Shown: positions 8,613 through 14,889 of the stretch, piece by piece
Numbering within the stretch: position 1 is the stretch's first letter
Layout: every line of letters starts with the position of its first letter
NCBI GenBank assembly: GCA_002309215.1
Contig: DBXG01000006.1
Location: 1 to 44,549, forward strand
Length of the DNA: 44,549 nt
Source: Alphaproteobacteria bacterium UBA1218
Lineage (GTDB): Bacteria; Pseudomonadota; Alphaproteobacteria; Rs-D84
Reading direction: 5' to 3'
Made by a program: the position numbers and the translations under genes
The notes under the pieces: generated by a model
The model's database searches: none
What the model was told of the DNA's origin: nothing
Seen by the model: the letters and a program-made list of their open reading frames with translations, nothing else

Positions 8613-9818
8613 TTATTTGTTATCCTTTGCGTCCGATTTGATTGCGTTTTTAGCAACCTCTGTTGCTTTACTTGCAGCAATACCAATTAGTTTCCTTGTT
8701 TGGTTTGCAATATTGTTGGTCAATGCTAATACACTCTTACCCATTTCTGTTGAAATTTTATTTTCCTGTGATAATCCAAATGTAGACATGATTTCATTCG
8801 TTATATCTGGTATTTTCCCCTTGAAATAGTTTAGGATAAAAATTAAAACAATGGAACCCAAAAATGTCAACTGAACAACATTAGGATTATCAAAGTTGAA
8901 GTCTAATATAGATTGAGTTGTGTTTTCAATGGATTCGGCATTTAATTCATAACCGTTAAGATAACCACGAACCAGTTGTAATATAACGGTGTATGTGAAA
9001 ATTGTAGCCACAACAGATACAATTGCGTTAATCAATTTTTTTATTTGCCCGCCACCAAGGTCTTTGCCAAGATTTTTTAGCCAACCTGGCAAACTGGCAG
9101 CGCCACGAAATATAAATAATACCAATGATAAAGGAAAAAAGAACGCAAACATTGCCATAGCAAATATTATATCCATAAAACATAACGAATATTGTATGAA
9201 GAATTGTGCAAACTTATACGTAATGAATAACCCAATGAATAATATCAACAAACGTTTTATAATAAGCCATACTTCGATTTTTGATGGGAATGAAAATGAT
9301 GCATCAATAATTGATATGCCAAGTTTTATGAATACTTGGAAACTAGCAACACTTGTTTGTAAGATTTTAACAATTGTGTCACGCAAGTGTGGGTTAAAGA
9401 ATCCATTATCATTTAACTTTATTGCAGAATAATCGTCTGGAACTTTGTAATCATCGGGCAACATTATTTCAGAAAAGCCCAGTGTTATTTCTGCGACAGG
9501 TTCAAATGTTATAGTTGAAATAAACCTTGGGACATTTAATCCCAAAGCGAGCAAAGATAATACCATCACAGATTTTATTAAAACTGGTTTTAATGATTTT
9601 TGATAAGTTGGATCATTTATGCCTGATTTTATATTTTGCCAAACTACGTTCAAAACATAAAAAGCAAATAAAATACTAAAAATAACAACGCTGAAAAAAC
9701 TTAACCTGTCATACAAAGCGCCAGCGGTTTCAGAGATTATAGCAAACAAATTGTCGAATACTGGACATGTCCAACATTGCGCAACATTATCTATCAAAAT
9801 GTTTGCTATGTTTTGCAT
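8613..9818 (-). CDS. Multi-pass membrane protein, paralog 3 of 5 (TrbL/VirB6-like, tentative)
   Basis: It has CWTCPVFDNLF followed by a TM helix, then TFEPVAEITLGF and a FFPLSLVL helix, and it ends in KDNK. I place the start at ATG 9818 (MQNIANIL), 1 nt after the upstream stop (TAA-A-ATG), rather than at the overlapping 9839 start in the ORF track. Confidence 0.75.
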   Translation of the reverse strand: MQNIANILIDNVAQCWTCPVFDNLFAIISETAGALYDRLSFFSVVIFSILFAFYVLNVVWQNIKSGINDPTYQKSLKPVLIKSVMVLSLLALGLNVPRFISTITFEPVAEITLGFSEIMLPDDYKVPDDYSAIKLNDNGFFNPHLRDTIVKILQTSVASFQVFIKLGISIIDASFSFPSKIEVWLIIKRLLILFIGLFITYKFAQFFIQYSLCFMDIIFAMAMFAFFFPLSLVLFIFRGAASLPGWLKNLGKDLGGGQIKKLINAIVSVVATIFTYTVILQLVRGYLNGYELNAESIENTTQSILDFNFDNPNVVQLTFLGSIVLIFILNYFKGKIPDITNEIMSTFGLSQENKISTEMGKSVLALTNNIANQTRKLIGIAASKATEVAKNAIKSDAKDNK

Positions 9819-9819
9819 T

Positions 9820-11091
9820 TTATTTCTTCTTGCCCCCATTCCAGATGTTTTGTATTACACTTGGCGTTGCTTTCAATTTTTCCCATGTCCTTTTTCCCGT
9901 TGCGATGGCATCGTTATACGTGTTATGAGACAACCCAGAATATCTTTCGAGTCTTTCGCGTGTCATATTGAAAATGGCGCGCATCAAGAAGAATGTTAAA
10001 ATAGCAGAAATCCACAATATTGAATGTTGCCCAAAACCGCTGGATGTATCTGTAATGCCCGAAGCCATAGCAAATATTGGGGAAGACCAATTAAACAAAG
10101 CGTGAACTATCGCTATGTTTATGCACAATATAAATGCACACGCAATCATTGTAATAACCAATTTTTTTAGTGCGTTTATTATTTGATCAAATACTGGTAA
10201 TACATCAACCCATTTATCAGATTTTTTTGCAACCCATGCCAAAACTTTGAAGGGATACATAATCAGGGCTAAACAAAAATCAAATATACCCTGAATTATC
10301 AACAACGCCATAAATAAATTTGATGCCACAAATGACGCAATCAAAATAATACCTGTTATGATATTTAGTAAATCTCGTCCCCCACGCGGGATTATGGTCA
10401 GCATACCGGTAAAACCTTGTTTTAATAAGTCAAAGCCGTATTCAATAACACGATTGTTTTCTTTGGAAATTGTATAAACAGGTTGAATTAAAAAGTCACA
10501 ACTGCTTTCGGAAATCCAGCCTTTGTCTGCGATAGATACAGGACATTTTGGTACATTGTTCGTATTTGTTGATGAATATGGATTTACTGTCGTTAAAATG
10601 CTGTTAGTGTAAATTGCACCGAATTCCAAAAACGGGTTAACCAATAACTCTGTGACATATACTGGTTTTATTTGTAAAAGTACGGCACCCGCAATAATTG
10701 CACGCAAACAAGGTTTCAGAACATTTTCTGTCACTGTCCAAGCGTTTACATTATCCCATACACTATCACCTGGGGTAAAGCCAAGGAAAGACAACCAATC
10801 TTTTGGGATAAACATTTTGAAAGCATACAACGCCAAATAAAATCCCAAGAATGCATAAATCAAAATATAAATCAGGCCTGTCCCATTACCAACAAAATAT
10901 TTATATAACGATGTCGCGATGTTCATCATTGTTTCAAGAACCAGTGGCACAAAAGGTGCCAGATTGAAAGCATCAACCACACTGGATTCCGCATGTGCAG
11001 ATTCTGGCATCAAAAAACAAAATAAAATCAGCCCGAACAACATCGGGATACAACTAAACAACCGACACAAAGTAGGCTTTAATGTGCGCAT
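9820..11091 (-). CDS. Multi-pass membrane protein, paralog 4 of 5 (TrbL/VirB6-like, tentative); first gene of the minus-strand operon
   Basis: The signal peptide ends in ESAHA-ES. It has LVNPFLEFGAIY, a two-Cys loop (PKCPVSIADKGWISESSCDF) and a MYPFKVL helix, and it ends in GGKKK. A GAGAGA-type SD precedes the ATG. Confidence 0.75.
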   Translation of the reverse strand: MRTLKPTLCRLFSCIPMLFGLILFCFLMPESAHAESSVVDAFNLAPFVPLVLETMMNIATSLYKYFVGNGTGLIYILIYAFLGFYLALYAFKMFIPKDWLSFLGFTPGDSVWDNVNAWTVTENVLKPCLRAIIAGAVLLQIKPVYVTELLVNPFLEFGAIYTNSILTTVNPYSSTNTNNVPKCPVSIADKGWISESSCDFLIQPVYTISKENNRVIEYGFDLLKQGFTGMLTIIPRGGRDLLNIITGIILIASFVASNLFMALLIIQGIFDFCLALIMYPFKVLAWVAKKSDKWVDVLPVFDQIINALKKLVITMIACAFILCINIAIVHALFNWSSPIFAMASGITDTSSGFGQHSILWISAILTFFLMRAIFNMTRERLERYSGLSHNTYNDAIATGKRTWEKLKATPSVIQNIWNGGKKK

Positions 11092-11119
11092 TCTCTCTTT
11101 ATTATTTTTTACATATTGA

Positions 11120-11128
11120 ATTATATCA
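11120..11128 (-). promoter_or_regulatory. Extended -10 promoter (TGATATAAT on the minus strand) for the 11091-5810 operon
   Basis: The plus-strand attatatca at 11120-11128 reads TGaTATAAT on the minus strand. This predicts a leader of about 22 nt containing the SD before the ATG at 11091. Confidence 0.4.
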
Positions 11129-11144
11129 CATTTATTACAAAATA

Positions 11145-11153
11145 TGGTATAAT
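11145..11153 (+). promoter_or_regulatory. Extended -10 promoter TGGTATAAT for the divergent paralog 5 gene; predicts a leaderless or 1-nt-leader mRNA
   Basis: TGgTATAAT lies at 11145-11153 and the ATG at 11161. Only 7 nt separate the hexamer from the start codon, and there is no SD. Confidence 0.4.
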
Positions 11154-11160
11154 TAAAATT

Positions 11161-13128
11161 ATGAAGTGGATAAAAAAATTTTTAATGGGTTTTGTTATGG
11201 CTATGCCTTTGTCCGTTGGTGCAGTCACACCATTTGTCATAGGTGGTGCAGCAGTTGGTGTTGGCATAATTGGAATGTCCATTTGGCGTACTGTTGCGCC
11301 AGTAAATATAACTCAGGCTTTGGACTTTTTTTCATCTTGTTGGACGTGCCAAATATTTTCAGACATTATGGTTTCAATGTCTAATCTGTTGCCTGGGGTT
11401 TACAGCGCGTTGGGACGAATCGTTATACCAATTTCAGCAACATTATTAGCAGTTTTAGTAGCATGGCGTTTAATGTCTGGTTTTTTCAACGCAAAGGCAG
11501 AAAGTGGCACCAAATTGCTGGGAAACTTCGGAACGTATGCTATAAAATTGTCTTTGCTAACAGGTTTATTATTGGTGCCTTTGCCACGATTTATAACCAG
11601 CGGTTTAATAGAACCTGCTATGACAATTGGTACATCTTTGGATTATATTGTATCTGATAACAACAAATTTTCTGAATGTATGGTTGCGACTGCGCTGGCG
11701 GACCCCGTAACTATATCAGAAGACGCGTCGTCTTATGGTGCTTTTTCGCCAAAACTACGTCATCAACTGGCGTGTGAAGTCGCAAATGTCCATCAGATAA
11801 CAGGTCTGGGAATGACGGTTGGTTGGACAATGTTGAATATGTCGTTTAATGCAGAATATATGCACAAGATTTTTCTGGGTATCCCTGTGTTTCCAAATAT
11901 TCCAATATTTGCAATTGGTTTGCTGATATTGGTATTATATTTCTTTGCTTTATTGCCTATACCTTTATATTTTCTAGAAGTGTTTATAAAATTATCTTTG
12001 GATTTAGTAATGTTGCCATTGATGTTAATGGCATGGATGTTTGATGAAGACGGTTTTGCGATTTTCCCACAGGGAGGAAAAACGATTCGACAAATGATAG
12101 ACGATGTTATCAAGGCCGTACTAGGAATCGCTTTGACCGTTGTATTTTTAACTTTTTCAGTTATGTTTTTGAATGCGTTGTTTGAAAATGCAGATGGGGT
12201 CAGCGCTTTGCAACAGGCAATAGCGCAAAACGATTCGAAAATCTTTATGGACGGGTTGACTTTGCGCAATGACAGTATTGTTTTGGTGGTTTTAATTGGC
12301 TTGTTTTTAGCGATGTTTATGACTTCGATTCCGCAGTTGATTAATATGTTGTTCAAGATAAAAATATCTGATGAATATTATCAAAAAGTCAAAAAAGATT
12401 TGAGCATATTGTGGCAAGGAATCAAAAATATTATACCGGGGGATAAAAAGGCAAAATCTTCTGATGTTGGTGGCGGTTCCTCTGGGTCGGATGTTTTGTC
12501 AAATATGCTCAATCCTGGCGGTTCTGATAAGCAAAAACGGTATGTAGAACTTGAATATATTGAATCTTCAGGCACCCAATACATTGATACAGATTTTGCA
12601 CCAGACGACGACACAAGAATTAATATCAAAGTGCAACCAAAATCTGGTAAAAATACGTTTCTGTTTGGTGGGCGAGATAACAATCAATATAATTCATTCG
12701 CCTTGGAGGTTTTTCATGATGGAAATCCAGAAAAGGTCTATATTGAATATGGAACAGAGGCCCAAGTTATAGATTGTAGGCGTCCATTGAATGTTGATTC
12801 AATACGAATTATTATTTTTATAGATGGTGGCAGTGGTAGCAAGGATGGTTTTGTGGATGACAAGACTGTATCGTTCGTAAAACAATCGTTTAGTGCATCG
12901 AACAATATATTTTTGTTCGGATTAAATGATCGCGGGATTTTTACAGCAGGGACAACTTGCAGGTTATATCAGTGTGACATTTTCCAAAATGGTCGTTGTG
13001 TTCGTGGGTTTATTCCTGTAATAGACGTAAAAAATAATGTGCCATGCTTGTATGACATGATAAACGGGGAGTTTTATTATAACAAAGGCCAGGGAAAGTT
13101 TATCCCAGGACCGTTAAAGAAAAAATAA
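11161..13128 (+). CDS. Multi-pass membrane protein, paralog 5 of 5 (TrbL/VirB6-like, tentative), fused through a Gly/Ser linker to a C-terminal lectin / phage receptor-binding-like beta-sandwich domain
   Basis: It starts MKWIKKFLMGFVMAMPLSVGA. It has CWTCQIFSDIM followed by a TM helix, LIEPAMTIGTSL, a two-Cys loop and MLPLMLMAW. The linker is KKAKSSDVGGGSSGSDVLSNMLNPGGSD. The C-terminal domain runs YVELEYIESSGTQYIDTDF ... RLYQCDIFQNGRCVRGFIPV ... PCLYDMINGEFYYNKGQGKFIPGPLKKK. The TTG at 11116 in the ORF track lies upstream of the predicted promoter. Confidence 0.75.
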   Translation: MKWIKKFLMGFVMAMPLSVGAVTPFVIGGAAVGVGIIGMSIWRTVAPVNITQALDFFSSCWTCQIFSDIMVSMSNLLPGVYSALGRIVIPISATLLAVLVAWRLMSGFFNAKAESGTKLLGNFGTYAIKLSLLTGLLLVPLPRFITSGLIEPAMTIGTSLDYIVSDNNKFSECMVATALADPVTISEDASSYGAFSPKLRHQLACEVANVHQITGLGMTVGWTMLNMSFNAEYMHKIFLGIPVFPNIPIFAIGLLILVLYFFALLPIPLYFLEVFIKLSLDLVMLPLMLMAWMFDEDGFAIFPQGGKTIRQMIDDVIKAVLGIALTVVFLTFSVMFLNALFENADGVSALQQAIAQNDSKIFMDGLTLRNDSIVLVVLIGLFLAMFMTSIPQLINMLFKIKISDEYYQKVKKDLSILWQGIKNIIPGDKKAKSSDVGGGSSGSDVLSNMLNPGGSDKQKRYVELEYIESSGTQYIDTDFAPDDDTRINIKVQPKSGKNTFLFGGRDNNQYNSFALEVFHDGNPEKVYIEYGTEAQVIDCRRPLNVDSIRIIIFIDGGSGSKDGFVDDKTVSFVKQSFSASNNIFLFGLNDRGIFTAGTTCRLYQCDIFQNGRCVRGFIPVIDVKNNVPCLYDMINGEFYYNKGQGKFIPGPLKKK

Positions 13129-13203
13129 TAAACCGAATCAGTTTCTGATAAAAGTGCCAAAAAAACCAAAAAACAGGGAAAAATAATAAAAAAATAAAAA
13201 ATC

Positions 13204-13234
13204 AAGTGCTTTATTTAACATAGTGCACTTTTTT
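13204..13234 (+). terminator. Possible weak terminator after paralog 5
   Basis: The stem is aagtgc (13204-13209) / gcactt (13225-13230) with a 15-nt loop and a T-run to 13234. The large loop makes this weak. Confidence 0.3.
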
Positions 13235-13248
13235 AGTTGAACCGAATC

Positions 13249-13257
13249 TGATATAAT
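13249..13257 (+). promoter_or_regulatory. Extended -10 promoter TGATATAAT immediately before the 13265 ORF (leaderless-type)
   Basis: TGaTATAAT lies at 13249-13257. GTG at 13265 and ATG at 13268 follow 7-10 nt after the hexamer, with no SD. Confidence 0.35.
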
Positions 13258-13264
13258 TCACACT

Positions 13265-13777
13265 GTGATGAGAAAGTTTCCGTTTCTTTATTGGCCAAAC
13301 AAGACTGCTGGTGACGCAGATTACCAGTTGTCTCGTAAAGTTATAAACTCCGTAACAGGTGTTATGCCAGATGTAATATTGGACGATTTAGACATAGCCG
13401 GCATTTTTGATAAAAACGAAGATGCCGTTATATATTATCCTGTATTTTGTGAATCTACTGGTTGGTGGGGCGAACTATTGGGCGGTAATGGTGTTATCGT
13501 TGATAAGATAATTGTATCCCCAGAATGCCAATTGATGGTCATTGTTGCAGAATCCAAGGCGAATTTACATGGCAAAAATCAATTGTTGGCGGCAGAGATT
13601 CGTCCGTCTAGCGGTTTTTTCAAGAAAATGAATTCGTCTATTGCGACTGTGGCAGATATGTTGGCAACTGATGCGGGGACTATTTTGGCGCTGTTTTCTG
13701 GCAAGAATTCGAATCAGTTTGTAAATATAATAGAAGCAACAGGTAATTCTTATTTGGGTTGCATTGGTCAATATTGA
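13265..13777 (+). CDS. Hypothetical soluble protein (about 170 aa)
   Basis: It is the only long ORF here, and it has no signal peptide or TM segment. I recognised no family. The start may be GTG 13265 or ATG 13268. Confidence 0.55.
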   Translation: MMRKFPFLYWPNKTAGDADYQLSRKVINSVTGVMPDVILDDLDIAGIFDKNEDAVIYYPVFCESTGWWGELLGGNGVIVDKIIVSPECQLMVIVAESKANLHGKNQLLAAEIRPSSGFFKKMNSSIATVADMLATDAGTILALFSGKNSNQFVNIIEATGNSYLGCIGQY

Positions 13778-13798
13778 TATATAAAGAACAAGTTTATC

Positions 13799-13826
13799 TT
13801 GATTTTAAGAAAAAACCAGGTATAAT
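13799..13826 (+). promoter_or_regulatory. Sigma70-type promoter of rpmE
   Basis: TTGATT (13799-13804), a 16-nt spacer, then TATAAT (13821-13826). An AAAAGGA SD lies before the ATG at 13871. Confidence 0.55.
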
Positions 13827-13870
13827 CTTCGAGCTATTCAGATAGTTTTATAAAATAAAAGGACATAAAG

Positions 13871-14083
13871 ATGAAAAAAGGCATTCATCCAGAATATCAT
13901 GAAATCAACGTCACAACAACTGACGGAAAGACTGTAAAAATGTATTCTTCTGTAAATAAAGACTTGGTTTTGTCTATGGATAATTTGAATCATCCTGCAT
14001 GGACTGGTCAACGTAACAACGACGGTGCCAAAGGTAAACGTGCAGCAGAATTCAAGAACAAATTTGCAGGATTTAATTTCTAA
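13871..14083 (+). CDS. rpmE: 50S ribosomal protein L31 (Cys-less, zinc-independent form)
   Basis: MKKGIHPEYHEI...NHPAWTGQ is the L31 signature. Both CxxC pairs of the zinc form are absent (TTTDG and MDNLNHP in their place), as is usual for alphaproteobacterial L31. Confidence 0.93.
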   Translation: MKKGIHPEYHEINVTTTDGKTVKMYSSVNKDLVLSMDNLNHPAWTGQRNNDGAKGKRAAEFKNKFAGFNF

Positions 14084-14098
14084 AACTGGTGATTTGAT

Positions 14099-14809
14099 AT
14101 GGATTTGCTGATAAAGGGTTCAACAGAATTAAACAAGATGTTTGCAGCATTGCAAAATACAGCATCTGGTTTACGTCACGATTTTGGTGAAGTTGAAAAC
14201 CTTCAGCAGTCTTTACGTGGGGCACGTGATTTTGTGGCCAAGGCTTCTGCCAGAATAGAAGAAAGCATATTGTCAGATTTGCAACTTGTTCGGCCATCGG
14301 CGGGTTTGTTGACGCCAGATGTATCAAAGGCTGGTGATGGGCGCGATGAATTTGTGTTGGCGCTGTCTGGTGCATCCAATTTTGTTCGTGGAAATCCCCA
14401 TTTTGCAATATCTTTGGCTTTGCGGACAAATGGCGAAACAAAAATCGCATTGGTTTATTCCCCAATAGACGAAAGATTATATTATGCAGAGGCAGGCGTT
14501 GGTGCGTTTGTTTATTCTGCTTATCATTCTGAAAAAATACATGTATCTAATTTGACAGAACCATCAGATTTAACAATTGGCTATAATACAACCGGCCTGC
14601 GTCCAATAATTGCAGGTAATGCGCGTGAAACTGGCTGTCCAGCTTTGGATTTGGCATGGGTGGCTGCTGGTAAAATGGATGCTTTTGTATCTGACCCTGT
14701 TGATTATGCAGAAATTGCAGCAGGTGAATTATTGATACGTGAGGCTGGCGGAAAAATATCGCTGAACGGTGCGGATATTATTGCCACGAACGGCAAAGTT
14801 GAATTATAA
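14099..14809 (+). CDS. Inositol monophosphatase / SuhB-family protein with degenerate metal-binding motifs
   Basis: The family's C-terminal motifs are clear (ALDLAWVAAGKMDAFV, AAGELLIREAGG, HFAISLAL). The WxIDPxDGTxNF motif reads FVLALSGASNF, and the upstream EE(S/T) motif reads TPD. Confidence 0.75.
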   Translation: MDLLIKGSTELNKMFAALQNTASGLRHDFGEVENLQQSLRGARDFVAKASARIEESILSDLQLVRPSAGLLTPDVSKAGDGRDEFVLALSGASNFVRGNPHFAISLALRTNGETKIALVYSPIDERLYYAEAGVGAFVYSAYHSEKIHVSNLTEPSDLTIGYNTTGLRPIIAGNARETGCPALDLAWVAAGKMDAFVSDPVDYAEIAAGELLIREAGGKISLNGADIIATNGKVEL

Positions 14810-14815
14810 GTTATA

Positions 14816-14839
14816 AACCGACACTATGTCGGTTTTTTT
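14816..14839 (+). terminator. Rho-independent terminator
   Basis: The stem is accgaca (14817-14823) / tgtcggt (14827-14833), followed by a T7 run to 14839. Confidence 0.8.
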
Positions 14840-14889
14840 ATATTAAACATTGCTTGCATTGTTGAAATATTTCCAATAAAATCAGTGCT

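Noticed and set aside
11116-11160. The ORF track extends three genes at their N-termini from TTG starts (11116 for paralog 5, 16971 for mraY, 20451 for the OmpA-like protein).
   Set aside because: In each case an in-frame ATG downstream is either preceded by a strong SD (17028, 20499) or lies just after the predicted promoter (11161). The extensions encode non-conserved, non-signal sequence.
11793-12356. A 187-aa antisense ORF lies inside the paralog 5 gene. Similar long shadow ORFs occur at 8989-9432, 17594-18025, 18341-18886, 26636-27174, 28019-28552, 32212-32751, 36482-36943 and 38802-39299.
   Set aside because: Each lies entirely within, and antisense to or out of frame with, a gene that has clear family motifs or membrane-protein character. 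Their compositions (Ile/Asn/Lys/Phe-rich) are what AT-rich antisense frames produce.
5810-13128. I considered calling this cluster a type IV secretion system.
   Set aside because: Only VirB6/TrbL-like membrane proteins are (tentatively) present. There is no VirB4/VirB11/VirD4 ATPase, pilin, VirB8-10 core or relaxase in the window. I therefore report it as an orphan paralog array, not a T4SS.
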